Of a stretch of DNA of 64,000 bases, positions 51,017 through 60,838 are shown one piece after another. This DNA comes from Candidatus Iainarchaeum sp. Its GTDB lineage: Archaea > Iainarchaeota > Iainarchaeia > Iainarchaeales > GCA-2688035. The stretch spans positions 57,728-121,727 of the forward strand of contig JAFCCL010000007.1 in assembly GCA_017610205.1 (NCBI GenBank), given 5' to 3'. The notes below the pieces were generated by a model. It worked only from the letters and a program-made list of their open reading frames with translations, did no database searches and was not told the DNA's origin. How positions within the stretch are numbered: the stretch's first letter is position 1; each line of letters starts with the position of its first letter. The translations under genes were made by a program, and so were the position numbers.

Positions 51017-51032
51017 GGAGGAATGATAAAAA

Positions 51033-52943
51033 ATGAGTAAGACTATAGGAATTGACCTTGGGACCAGCAATTCAGCAGCGGCTTTTTTGGAGGCAGGAAA
51101 GCCAAGAATTATTGCAAGCGCAGAAGGAGCAAGCGTTTACGGAAAAGCATTTCCTTCATATGTTGCTTTTACAAAAGACGGCCAGGTTTTAATAGGAGAA
51201 CCTGCAAAAAGACAGGCGGTAAGTAACCCAGAGAATACTTTTACAGCATTCAAAAGAAAAATGGGAACAAATTTTAAGTACAAAGCTTTTGAAAAAGAAT
51301 ATACTCCACAACAGCTTAGTGCATTCATCTTGCAAAAAGTAAAAAAAGATGCCGAAGAATTTTTAGGAAACAAAGTTGAAAAGGCAGTTGTTACAGTCCC
51401 GGCATACTTTGACGACAACCAAAGGCAGGCAACAAAGGACGCAGGAAAAATTGCAGGACTTGATGTAATAAGAATTGTTAATGAACCAACAGCGGCTTCG
51501 CTTGCATACGGAGTTGACAAAAAAGGCAAGGAACAAAAAGTCCTTGTATTTGATTTGGGCGGAGGAACACTTGATGTCACAGTAATGGAATTTGGTGATG
51601 GAGTATTTGAAGTTCAGTCAACAAGCGGAGACACCCAGCTTGGCGGAACAGATATGGATGAAGAGCTTGTGAAATATATTGTGAGAGAATTCAAAAAAGA
51701 CCATGGTGTTGACTTAACAAAAGACAATATGGCAATGCAAAGGCTAAAAGAAGCAGCAGAAAAGGCAAAGATTGAGCTTTCAACAGTAATTGAAACCGAC
51801 ATTAATTTGCCATATGTAACTGGTGACAAAAGCGGGCCAAAGCATTTGACAATGAAAATTTCAAGAGCAAAACTTGAACAGCTTGTTGACCCAATAATTA
51901 AAAGATGCGAAAAACCATTGCAGCAGGCGCTTGCAGATGCAAAACTACAGCCTTCAGACATAAGCAGAATAATCATGGTTGGAGGGCCAACAAGAATGCC
52001 ATCAGTTCAGAAATTTGTTGAAAAGGTTATTGGAAGCAAGGTTGAAAGAGGAGTTGACCCAATGGAATGTGTTGCAATGGGTGCAGCAGTACAAGCAGGC
52101 GTTCTAAGCGGAGACGTAAAAGACGTTCTCTTGCTTGATGTAACACCCTTAACTCTTGGAATTGAAACACTTGGAGGGGTAAGAACACCTCTCATTGTTA
52201 GAAACACAACAATTCCAACCAAAAAAAGCCAGGTTTTTTCAACCGCAGCAGACAACCAGCCGGCTGTTGACATTCACGTACTGCAGGGAGAAAGGGAAAT
52301 GGCTGAAGGAAACAAAAGTTTGGGCAGATTTCAGCTGGTGGGAATTGTACCTGCACCAAGAGGCGTTCCACAAATTGAAGTAACATTTGACATTGATGCA
52401 AACGGAATTGTTCACGTAAAAGCAAAAGACCTTGGAACAGGAAAGGAACAAAGCATTAAAATTGTTGCATCACAAAAATTAAACGATGAAGAGATTGAAA
52501 AAATGAGAAAAGACGCAGAATCCCATGCAGAAGATGATAAGAAAAGAAAGGAAGAAGTTGATGTTGTAAACCAGGCAGACGCCATGACATTCAGCACGGA
52601 AAAAATGATTGAAGAAATGAAGGAAAAAGTTGACAAGGCAAAACTTGACAACGTAAAGAAAATGAACGATGAGTTAAAAGAGCTTTTGGGAAAAGAACCA
52701 AAAGACATTGCTGCAATAAAAGCAAAAACAGATGAAATGAACAAGGAACTGCAGCAAATTGGAACGGAAATTTACCAAAAGGCACAACAACAGCAGAATG
52801 CACAAGGCGCAGGTCAGCAAGGAGCAGGGTCTGAACAGCAAGCTGGAGCAAAAGAAGAAAAGAAAGGCGATGACAAAGTAGTTGACGCAGACTACGAAGT
52901 CAAAGACAACAAAAAGGAAGACGACAAAAAGGAAGGCAAGTAA
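51033..52943 (+). CDS. dnaK: Chaperone DnaK (Hsp70)
   Basis: [35 protein letters not shown]. Confidence 0.99.
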   Translation: MSKTIGIDLGTSNSAAAFLEAGKPRIIASAEGASVYGKAFPSYVAFTKDGQVLIGEPAKRQAVSNPENTFTAFKRKMGTNFKYKAFEKEYTPQQLSAFILQKVKKDAEEFLGNKVEKAVVTVPAYFDDNQRQATKDAGKIAGLDVIRIVNEPTAASLAYGVDKKGKEQKVLVFDLGGGTLDVTVMEFGDGVFEVQSTSGDTQLGGTDMDEELVKYIVREFKKDHGVDLTKDNMAMQRLKEAAEKAKIELSTVIETDINLPYVTGDKSGPKHLTMKISRAKLEQLVDPIIKRCEKPLQQALADAKLQPSDISRIIMVGGPTRMPSVQKFVEKVIGSKVERGVDPMECVAMGAAVQAGVLSGDVKDVLLLDVTPLTLGIETLGGVRTPLIVRNTTIPTKKSQVFSTAADNQPAVDIHVLQGEREMAEGNKSLGRFQLVGIVPAPRGVPQIEVTFDIDANGIVHVKAKDLGTGKEQSIKIVASQKLNDEEIEKMRKDAESHAEDDKKRKEEVDVVNQADAMTFSTEKMIEEMKEKVDKAKLDNVKKMNDELKELLGKEPKDIAAIKAKTDEMNKELQQIGTEIYQKAQQQQNAQGAGQQGAGSEQQAGAKEEKKGDDKVVDADYEVKDNKKEDDKKEGK

Positions 52944-52990
52944 AAGCTTGCCTTTTTTAATCTCTTTTTCCAATAATTTAACTGGTTTAA

Positions 52991-54151
52991 ATGGCTGCAA
53001 AAAAAGACTACTATGACGTACTTGGCCTGAAAAAGGGCGCAAGCATTGGAGAAGTAAAGGCAGCCTACAAAAAGCTTGCCAAAAAATACCACCCTGACCT
53101 AAACAATAACAAGGAAGCAGAAGAAAAATTCAAAGAAGGCCTGGAAGCATACCAAACACTGTCTGATTCAAAGAAAAAAGCAAACTACGACCAGTTTGGA
53201 CACGCTGCCGAAGGCTTTCAGGGATTTCAGGGATTCAGGGGAGCTGGAGGAACACGCGGGTTTGACTTTGATTTTGGAGACATCTTTGGAGCAGGAGGAA
53301 ACTTCGGAGGCTTTAGTGGAATGGAAGACCTGTTTAGGGCATTTGGAGGAGGCGGACAAGGAAGAGAAGCAGACGACCCTGCAAGAGGAGCAAATCTTAG
53401 AATTGACCTTTCAATAAGTTTTGAAGAAGCTGTTTTTGGAACAGAAAAAACTGTTGAGCTTACAAGAATTGAAAATTGCAGGGAATGCAAAGGAAAAGGC
53501 GGTTCTGGCGAAGAAACCTGCAGCCAATGCCAAGGCTTAGGAGTACTAAGGCAGCAAAGAAGAACAATGTTTGGAACATTTGTGACACAAAGCACCTGCC
53601 CAAAATGCAGAGGCAAAGGAAAGACCATTAAAAATACCTGCAAGGAATGCCAGGGCAAAGGAAGAGTAAAGAAAAGACGTGAAATAAAAATAAAAATTCC
53701 GGCAGGCATTGACACAGGAAACCATTTGAACCTAAGAGGCGAAGGAAACGCAGGCATTAATGGCGGTCCAAACGGAGACCTTTTTGCAGTAATCTTTGTT
53801 GAAGCAGGCAAAGTATTCAAAAGAGACGGCGTAGACATTTATGCTGAAATGCCAATTTCCTTTTCCGAAGCAGCTCTTGGAACAGGTCTTGATGTTCCAA
53901 CACTTAAAGAAAAGGAAACAATAAAGATTCCGAGTGGAACAGAAACAGGCACAATCTTCAGGTTAAAAGGCAAGGGCGTTAAAAAACTTGGCGAAGCAGG
54001 ACACGGAGACGAGTACATCAAAGTAATTGTTCAAACGCCTGGCAAGATGAGCAAAAAGCAAAAAGAACTATTTGAACAACTTGCAAAAGAAGACGATGTT
54101 AAAAAGCAACGGAAAAGCTTTTTTGAAAGAGTCAAAAAGAAGTTTAAGTAA
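52991..54151 (+). CDS. dnaJ: Chaperone DnaJ
   Basis: HPD motif, G/F region, four CxxCxGxG repeats. Confidence 0.98.
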   Translation: MAAKKDYYDVLGLKKGASIGEVKAAYKKLAKKYHPDLNNNKEAEEKFKEGLEAYQTLSDSKKKANYDQFGHAAEGFQGFQGFRGAGGTRGFDFDFGDIFGAGGNFGGFSGMEDLFRAFGGGGQGREADDPARGANLRIDLSISFEEAVFGTEKTVELTRIENCRECKGKGGSGEETCSQCQGLGVLRQQRRTMFGTFVTQSTCPKCRGKGKTIKNTCKECQGKGRVKKRREIKIKIPAGIDTGNHLNLRGEGNAGINGGPNGDLFAVIFVEAGKVFKRDGVDIYAEMPISFSEAALGTGLDVPTLKEKETIKIPSGTETGTIFRLKGKGVKKLGEAGHGDEYIKVIVQTPGKMSKKQKELFEQLAKEDDVKKQRKSFFERVKKKFK

Positions 54152-54158
54152 ATAGGCA

Positions 54159-54597
54159 ATGGTTATGGACTCTGCAGAAACTAAAAAAAAATTGCTTAAA
54201 GTGCGGTAGCAAATGCTGTCTTTTGGCTGGCGTAGCAGTTACAAAGAAGGAAAGGGATAAAATACTAAAAGCCGGGTTTGATGACGCTTTTATTCAAAGA
54301 GGGAACTATTACGAAATCAAATCAAAAAATGGCAGGTGTCATTTTTTGAAAAATGAATTGTGCTTAATTCAGGAGATTAAACCCCTGCTTTGCAAAATAT
54401 GGCCTGTTTACACAATTTTTAAGAGAGACAAGAAAGAAATTCTTGTCGTTGACTGCCCATTAGCAAGGAAGTTGTCTAAAAAAGAAATTCAAAAATTAAA
54501 GACAATGACTAAAAAAGTTACAAAAGGACTGGCTATGCTTGATTATACTAATGTACCAGCGTCAATCAAAAAAAAGTTTAAGAAATTGATGGCATAA
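54159..54597 (+). pseudogene. YkgJ/CxxCxxCC cysteine-cluster protein with a frameshift in an A9 tract
   Basis: Removing one A from 54183-91 joins MVMDSAETKKN-CLKCGSKCC to the downstream C.FL..C.I...KP..C..WP motifs. Confidence 0.75.
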
Positions 54598-54634
54598 ATC
54601 TTTGATAAAATTCCAAAAGGCTTTTCTATTTAAT

Positions 54635-55279
54635 TCACAACTTGTTCTTCCCAATCTTTTTAAACAAGTAAAGAGAGTAAAGCATTGAACAAACTCCGGC
54701 AATTAATACACTAATAACAATAACCCAAATTATCACCTCAGGAAAAGGAATGCTTACAAGCGAAGCAAAGCCTGCAAGAATAAAAAGCTTGCCACTCAAT
54801 TTGTGCGTCTTTTTCCAAACTTTGTCATCAGCCAAAGTCCAGGGAGTTCTAATTCCAACAAAAAAGTTTCTCTTAAACGAAGGCAGTAGAATTCCAATGC
54901 TTATGAAAAGCATTGCCATAGGCAGAGCCAAAATCTGCGAAAAATTGAAATCATAGCCAAAATTTGGCAAAAGAGTCATTATGTAAAAAAGGAAAAAAAA
55001 CATTTGAATTACAAATGCAAGAATCCAGTATTGTTTTTCAAAAGACTTAAAGTTTTTGTCAAAAACAGTTATTTTTGGAATAATCACAAAAATAAGCAAA
55101 ACTCCAATCATCATAAGTGGAAAAAGAAATGCACCCTCCCAGCTAGAACCCCAGCCGTCAGCAACTCCTGCAGCATTCCAGTGAGTTGGAACACTATCTG
55201 GCAAAATAGAGTAAATAGAAAAGGCAATAATTACTGCCAAAACCACGACTGCAAAACAGCCTATCTTAAATGGCTTCAT
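54635..55279 (-). CDS. SdpI-family/DUF1648 membrane protein
   Basis: LPDSVPTHWNAAG.ADG, NFFVGIRTPWTL...VWKKTH. Confidence 0.92.
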   Translation of the reverse strand: MKPFKIGCFAVVVLAVIIAFSIYSILPDSVPTHWNAAGVADGWGSSWEGAFLFPLMMIGVLLIFVIIPKITVFDKNFKSFEKQYWILAFVIQMFFFLFYIMTLLPNFGYDFNFSQILALPMAMLFISIGILLPSFKRNFFVGIRTPWTLADDKVWKKTHKLSGKLFILAGFASLVSIPFPEVIIWVIVISVLIAGVCSMLYSLYLFKKIGKNKL

Positions 55280-55351
55280 TTAAGATAAATAAGGTTTGCC
55301 TGCTTTTTATTCTTTTCTCTTTTATAAATATTAAAAGAAGCGTGTTTGAAA

Positions 55352-57742
55352 ATGGCTTTAGATTTGCAGGCAATGGAAGAAAAGTGGCAAAAATTCTGGG
55401 AAAAAGAACAAATATACAAGTTTGACCAAAAAAGCAAAAAGCCAGTTTACAGCATTGACACTCCACCACCAACTGTTTCAGGCACAATGCACATGGGACA
55501 TGCCTTTGCTTATTCACAGCAGGACTTTATTGCACGCTATAAAAAAATGCGTGGCTTTAATGTTTTTCATCCAATAGGATTTGACAACAATGGGCTGGCA
55601 ACAGCTTTAATGGTTGAAAAGAAAAAAGGGATTAAATCAAAGAATTTTTCAAGAGATGAGTTTATCAAAATTGTTTTGGAAGGAACTGCGGAAGAAGAAA
55701 AAAAAATGAAAGACGGATTCAAAAGCATTGGCATAAGCTTTGACTGGAGCCTTTTATACAGAACAATTGGAAATTTGGCAAGAAAAACCTCACAATACAG
55801 TTTTTTGGATTTGCACAAACAAAAAAGGCTTTACAGAAAAGACGCTCCAACAATGTGGTGCCCAAGCTGTGCAACAGCCATTGCACAAGCTGAATTGCAG
55901 GATAAGGAAGAAGAAAGTAGTTTTGTTTACATCTGGTTTGAAACAACCGACGGAGAAAAAATTGAAATTGCTACAACAAGACCTGAACTAATGCCAGCGT
56001 GTGTTGCAATACACGTTCACCCAGAGGACAAAAGGTACAAAAAGTTTGTTGGAAAAGAAGTAAAAATTCCGTTTACTGGTGGCAGAACAGTTAAAGTTTT
56101 TGAAAACAAGGATGTTGACCCTGAATTTGGAACAGGAGCAGTATACCACTGCACTTTTGGAGATTTGGATGACGTTGAATGGATTCTTGAAACAAATCTT
56201 CCAATAATTGAAATAATAAACAAGGACGGAACATTTAATGAAAAAGCAGGAATCCTAAAAGGGCTTAGAACAAAAGAGGCAAGGGAGAAAATAATAGAAG
56301 AACTTGAAAAGGCAGGACACATAACAAAACAGGAACCAATAAAGCACGTTGTAAACGTCCACGAAAGATGCAAAACCCCAATAGAAATACTTACAGCCAA
56401 ACAATGGTTTGTACGCTATCTTGACCTGCGAGACGAATACATTGCCAAAGCAGATGCCCTTCAATGGGTTCCTGAATACATGAAGAAAAGGCTTTACAAC
56501 TGGGTTAATGGACTGAAATGGGACTGGAATATTTCAAGGCAAAGGCACTACGGTATTCCTTTCCCTGTATGGTACTGCAAAAAATGCGGAGAGCCTTTGC
56601 TTGCGGAAGAAAAAGATCTGCCAGTAGACCCATTGAAAAGCAAGCCAAAAAAGAAATGCAAATGCGGAAGCGCTGAATTTGTTCCGGAAAAAGACACTTT
56701 TGACACCTGGTTTACTTCCTCACTAACCCCCCAAATTAACTGCAAATGGGTTGAGGACAAAAAATTCTTTGAAAAAATGTTCCCAATGGACTTAAGGCCG
56801 CAGGGACACGACATAATTGCGCTTTGGGCATTTAACACAATTGTAAAGGCATTATTTCACCAGCATGAATTGCCCTGGAAAACAATTACAATAAACGGCT
56901 GGGCGCTGGACTCAAAAGGCAAAAAGATGTCAAAAAGTTTGGGAAATGTAATAAGACCAGAGGAAATGATTCAAAAATATTCCTCAGATGCACTAAGATA
57001 CTGGGCAGGACTTCCAGTTCTGGGCGAAGACATTCCATTCCAGGAAAAAGAAATGGTTGCAGGAAGAAAATTCATTACAAAAATCCTGAACGCAAACAGA
57101 TTTGTTGAAATGGCAACAAAAGATATTAATGTTGAAAAACTTGACAAAAAAAATTTACAGCCAGAGGACAAGGCAATCTTAAGCAGGCTTAACACAGTGA
57201 TAAAAGAGGCAACAGAGGCTTTTGACAGGTTTGAATTCAGCAAATGCCTCAATCCTGCAAGAAACTTTTTCTGGCTTGAATTTGCAGACTTTTACATTGA
57301 AGAAGTAAAAGCAAGGGTTTACAATGACAAAGGAGCCTCTGGCAAAATTGCAGCAGCAGTATTGCAGGAAGTTGCCTGGAAAACACTTCTTTTGTTTACT
57401 CCATTTATTCCACACACAACCGAAGAAATTGCCCAACAGCATTTTAAGAAAATGCTTTCAGGAAAAAGCATTCACCTAGAGCAATGGCCTAAAGCAGACG
57501 AAAGTTTAATTGATAAAAAGGCAGAAAAAGTTGGCGCAGCCATAAATTCGGTTATAGCAGAAATGAGAAAACAAAAAAGCGAAGCCAGAAAGCCACTGAA
57601 CACTCCAGTAAAAAAAGCAATTGTTACAATTGAAGAACCCAAAAATCTTGAAGAGGGAACCGAAGTAATTAAGAGAACAATGGCAATTGAATCAATTGAA
57701 ATAAAAAAAGGAAAAGAATTGATTGTTGAATTGCAGTTCTGA
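55352..57742 (+). CDS. valS: Valyl-tRNA synthetase
   Basis: DTPPPTVSG, HMGH, WNISRQR, DTWFTS, KMSKS. Confidence 0.97.
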   Translation: MALDLQAMEEKWQKFWEKEQIYKFDQKSKKPVYSIDTPPPTVSGTMHMGHAFAYSQQDFIARYKKMRGFNVFHPIGFDNNGLATALMVEKKKGIKSKNFSRDEFIKIVLEGTAEEEKKMKDGFKSIGISFDWSLLYRTIGNLARKTSQYSFLDLHKQKRLYRKDAPTMWCPSCATAIAQAELQDKEEESSFVYIWFETTDGEKIEIATTRPELMPACVAIHVHPEDKRYKKFVGKEVKIPFTGGRTVKVFENKDVDPEFGTGAVYHCTFGDLDDVEWILETNLPIIEIINKDGTFNEKAGILKGLRTKEAREKIIEELEKAGHITKQEPIKHVVNVHERCKTPIEILTAKQWFVRYLDLRDEYIAKADALQWVPEYMKKRLYNWVNGLKWDWNISRQRHYGIPFPVWYCKKCGEPLLAEEKDLPVDPLKSKPKKKCKCGSAEFVPEKDTFDTWFTSSLTPQINCKWVEDKKFFEKMFPMDLRPQGHDIIALWAFNTIVKALFHQHELPWKTITINGWALDSKGKKMSKSLGNVIRPEEMIQKYSSDALRYWAGLPVLGEDIPFQEKEMVAGRKFITKILNANRFVEMATKDINVEKLDKKNLQPEDKAILSRLNTVIKEATEAFDRFEFSKCLNPARNFFWLEFADFYIEEVKARVYNDKGASGKIAAAVLQEVAWKTLLLFTPFIPHTTEEIAQQHFKKMLSGKSIHLEQWPKADESLIDKKAEKVGAAINSVIAEMRKQKSEARKPLNTPVKKAIVTIEEPKNLEEGTEVIKRTMAIESIEIKKGKELIVELQF

Positions 57743-57773
57743 AAAGGAAAATTGTTCTTTTTAATAGAAAAGT

Positions 57774-57805
57774 TTAAATAAACATACTATATCAATTGAT
57801 ATAGT
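57774..57805 (+). promoter_or_regulatory. TATA box plus perfect 20-bp palindromic operator
   Basis: TTTAAATA at 57774; ACTATATCAATTGATATAGT at 57786-57805. Confidence 0.7.
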
Positions 57806-57813
57806 GATGAAAT

Positions 57814-58113
57814 ATGTCTAAAACTATTGCTGTTTTTAAACGAGGGAATATTCTTCGCTATCCAAGATTGGATACTGTTTTGATGGTTGAAGAAACAATA
57901 CAGAAAGCAAAAGAATATCCAACTAAAGCAGAACTTTTGCGTAGCCTGCCCAAGAAAATGATGTACCAGACATTTAACACTATAATCGATTATCTTGAAT
58001 ATTCTGGAAAAATTTATATAGATAAAGATGGCGCAATTGTTTGGATTTGGAATCCAAAACTTGTGGAAAAGTATATGAAAAGACCAGATCTTAGCTGGAG
58101 GAAAGAAAAATGA
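57814..58113 (+). CDS. Small wHTH-like protein, putative antitoxin/repressor
   Basis: 99 aa, YPRLDTVLMVE...IIDYLEYSGKI; ATGA overlap with the next gene. Confidence 0.7.
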   Translation: MSKTIAVFKRGNILRYPRLDTVLMVEETIQKAKEYPTKAELLRSLPKKMMYQTFNTIIDYLEYSGKIYIDKDGAIVWIWNPKLVEKYMKRPDLSWRKEK

Positions 58114-58455
58114 AACTTCCTTCAAAAATCAAATTTGCAGACGATAAAGTAAAAAAGGCATTTGAAAAACTTGAAGAAGGAAAAACAGAAGACACACAAC
58201 TTCATGAATTTCTTGTAAGAGCATTCGAGGACATTGAAAAAAACGCTTTTTGGGGAACAAGAATCTCAAAAAAACTCATTCCAAAAGAATACAAAAAAAA
58301 ATATGAAATAGACAATCTTTGGAAATATAATCTTCCAAACGCCTGAAGACTTATTTACTCTGTTGAAAAAAAAAGAATTAATTGTAATCGGAATTGTTCT
58401 TGAATGGCTTGACCACAAAAATTATGACAAAAAATTCGGTTACAAAACAAGCTGA
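58110..58455 (+). pseudogene. RelE/ParE-like toxin disrupted by a TGA and an A9 frameshift
   Basis: LWKYNLPNA*RLIYSV, then a one-base shift at 58366-74 gives ELIVIGIVLEWLDHKNYDKKFGY. Confidence 0.7.
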
Positions 58456-58489
58456 AAAAAAGATTTTGAAAAAAAAGAGGCATCAATAA

Positions 58490-59092
58490 ATGAAACTAAT
58501 AGCACAGGGAGCAGAAGCAAAATTATTCAAAACAAAGTTTGATGGCAAAGATGCTTTGCTAAAGCAGCGTGTTCCAAAAGGATACAGATGCAGGGAACTT
58601 GACGAAATGCTTCGAAGTACCAGAACAAACGCTGAAGCAAACATGTTTAGAAAAGCAAGAGCTCTTGGAATAAACACTCCCACAATTTTTGAAGTTGACA
58701 AAAAGAAAAAAGAAATTGTAATGGAATTCATTAATGGACCTCGCTTAAAAGATACATTGAAAAAGAAAAACCTTGCAGTATGCAAACAGGTTGGGCAAAT
58801 GATTGCATTAATGCATGCAGGAAACCTTGTCCACGGGGACCTTACAACAAGCAACATAATGCTAAAAAACAAAGACCTTTTCTTCATTGACTTTGGATTG
58901 GGAAAAACCAGTGCAAAAGCAGAAGACAAAGCAGTTGACCTCCTTGTCTTCAAGAAAACCTTTGAGGCAACACACGTTGAACTAATGCCAAAGGGCTGGA
59001 ACCAAGTCCTCGAAGGATACCTTTCAAAAGGCGGAAAAAAAGAGGTCTTGAAGCAAATGGAAAAGGTTGAAGGAAGGGTAAGGTACCATTAG
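58490..59092 (+). CDS. bud32: KEOPS kinase/ATPase Bud32
   Basis: QGAEA, K.R.PK.YR..LD, HGDLTTSN, IDFGL, EDKAVDL, GRVRY. Confidence 0.96.
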   Translation: MKLIAQGAEAKLFKTKFDGKDALLKQRVPKGYRCRELDEMLRSTRTNAEANMFRKARALGINTPTIFEVDKKKKEIVMEFINGPRLKDTLKKKNLAVCKQVGQMIALMHAGNLVHGDLTTSNIMLKNKDLFFIDFGLGKTSAKAEDKAVDLLVFKKTFEATHVELMPKGWNQVLEGYLSKGGKKEVLKQMEKVEGRVRYH

Positions 59093-59180
59093 GCAATGAT
59101 GAGGTTAACACCTGCTGACCGAAAGGAATGAGGACAAACTCAACTTTGAGTCTAACAGGTCATTGGATCTACTGAGACAC
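59091..59180 (+). ncRNA. Box C/D guide sRNA with an extended D-guide region
   Basis: C box ATGATGA 59096-102, 12-nt spacer, D' CTGA 59115-18, CC-GAAA-GG hairpin, C' ATGAGGA 59128-34, D CTGA 59172-75, then a T5 tract. Confidence 0.8.
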
Positions 59181-59200
59181 CCTTTTTAGCAAGCCGATAA

Positions 59201-59245
59201 ATTTATATTATAATTATACCATTATAGTTAAATTGTGATATAAAT
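59201..59245 (+). promoter_or_regulatory. Inverted repeat over the AbiE promoter/start
   Basis: ATTTATATTATAATT-N15-AATTGTGATATAAAT. Confidence 0.5.
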
Positions 59246-59876
59246 GAAATACAGGATTTTGGTACGGCGCTTGCTGCTCAGGAAAGAAAGGTATGTTTCA
59301 GACAAGGAATTAAAAGAGCTATGCAAAAGGCTTAAGCTTGAGTATGAAAACGCATTAACTTATCTCTACAACAAAAAATATTTGGACAGGATAGTCAGGG
59401 GTTTTTTTTATATTCCTTCAGCAGAAGCGCACAGGCTTAAAACTGGCGGGCCAAGCTTCCCAAAGGCAATGGCAAAAGCAATGGAATACAAAAAAGTAAA
59501 AAATTGGTACTTTGGATTGGAAACCGCAATAAAGCTGAATAACATTACTCATGAGTTTTTCACAATCGACTATGTTGTTTCAGACAAAATATTCAGGGCA
59601 AAACCGTTTAAAATTCTTGGAAGAAAAGTCAAGTTTGTGAAACTAAGCAAAAAACTTTTTGGCTTTGGAATAAAAAAATCCAAAAACACGCTTTACTCGG
59701 ATTTGGAAAAAACCATTCTGGACATAATCCACCTACGCAAATACTCCGGAGAAAGCAATAAGGCAATAAGGGATTATGTAATTGAATGGGCAGATGAAGC
59801 AGACAAAAACAAAATGAAAAAATACTCAAAACACTACAGCAAATCAGTAAGAAACGCTTTAGAGGAGTTAAAATGA
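59244..59876 (+). CDS. AbiEi-like type IV antitoxin
   Basis: wHTH with RIVRGFFY, WYFGLETA, FGFGI and YSDLEKTILD; lies upstream of AbiEii. Confidence 0.8.
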   Translation: MKYRILVRRLLLRKERYVSDKELKELCKRLKLEYENALTYLYNKKYLDRIVRGFFYIPSAEAHRLKTGGPSFPKAMAKAMEYKKVKNWYFGLETAIKLNNITHEFFTIDYVVSDKIFRAKPFKILGRKVKFVKLSKKLFGFGIKKSKNTLYSDLEKTILDIIHLRKYSGESNKAIRDYVIEWADEADKNKMKKYSKHYSKSVRNALEELK

Positions 59877-59901
59877 GTTTCAAATTCAGGAGGAATTTGA
59901 A

Positions 59902-60834
59902 ATGATTCCAACAGACTTAATTGAAAAGATTTCAAGAGACCTAAAAATAAGAGAAACACAGCTGATTGAAAAAGACCTATACTTGCAGGCCCTGCTTACG
60001 AAACTCTCAAAATCAAAATACTTCTCAGAAAACTTTGTATTTAAAGGGGGAACCTGCCTGACCAAAGCATACTTTGGATACTATCGTTTCTCCGAAGACC
60101 TGGATTTTACCTGGATAAACCAAAAAGGATTTGAAGGCAAATCAGAAAACCAGATAAGAAAAATGCTCTCAAAAGAAATCAACAAGATAATGGAAATAAT
60201 TGAAAAAATCGCAAAAGAACTCGACCTAGAATTTAAACCAGTGAAATCAGACAAACATTATGTCCAGCTTGGTGGAAGCAACAGGTTTGTAACGTTCAAG
60301 CTATGGTACACACCAGCCACAGAAGAAAGAAAAACATTCATAAAAATACAGTTAAACTTTGTTGACAAAATATTCCACAAGCCAAAAAAGCACAAGCTAA
60401 AAGCAATAGGAAGTGCTCAAAAAGAAGAACTGGAAATGGAATACCCAGAATATTCTGTTTACACAATATCAAACCCAACATTTTACTGCTATGACCTCAA
60501 AGAAATTGCAGCAGAAAAAATCAGGGCCCTGTTGACAAGAAGAGGATTCAAAGCAAGAGACATCATTGATTTGTATTACCTGGCCAGAGAAGGAGCAACA
60601 ATACCAGCAGTAAAGAAAATGGCAATTGAAAAAACCAAATTCATGTTCAAGTATTTGAAGTATGCAGACAACCTGAAAAACAAGAAATTTGAAGAAAAAT
60701 TCAAGTTAGGGGAAGAAGAACGGCTTATGATAGAAGAAACAAGCAAAGGCTTTGAAAAATTTGCAAACAAAACACTCAAAGAACTGAACGAATTAGCCGA
60801 AGAAGCAAGGCTTAAGGCCAGCAAAAAGGGATGA
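59902..60834 (+). CDS. AbiEii/AbiGii nucleotidyltransferase toxin
   Basis: IEKD, FKGGTCL, YRFSEDLDF, EKIRAL, RDIID. Confidence 0.93.
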   Translation: MIPTDLIEKISRDLKIRETQLIEKDLYLQALLTKLSKSKYFSENFVFKGGTCLTKAYFGYYRFSEDLDFTWINQKGFEGKSENQIRKMLSKEINKIMEIIEKIAKELDLEFKPVKSDKHYVQLGGSNRFVTFKLWYTPATEERKTFIKIQLNFVDKIFHKPKKHKLKAIGSAQKEELEMEYPEYSVYTISNPTFYCYDLKEIAAEKIRALLTRRGFKARDIIDLYYLAREGATIPAVKKMAIEKTKFMFKYLKYADNLKNKKFEEKFKLGEEERLMIEETSKGFEKFANKTLKELNELAEEARLKASKKG

Positions 60835-60838
60835 TTGC

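Noticed and set aside
58344-58346. UGA as Trp or Sec (alternative genetic code)
   Set aside because: Many core genes here end in TGA and use TGG for Trp, and the same gene also has a frameshift, so a nonsense mutation is simpler.
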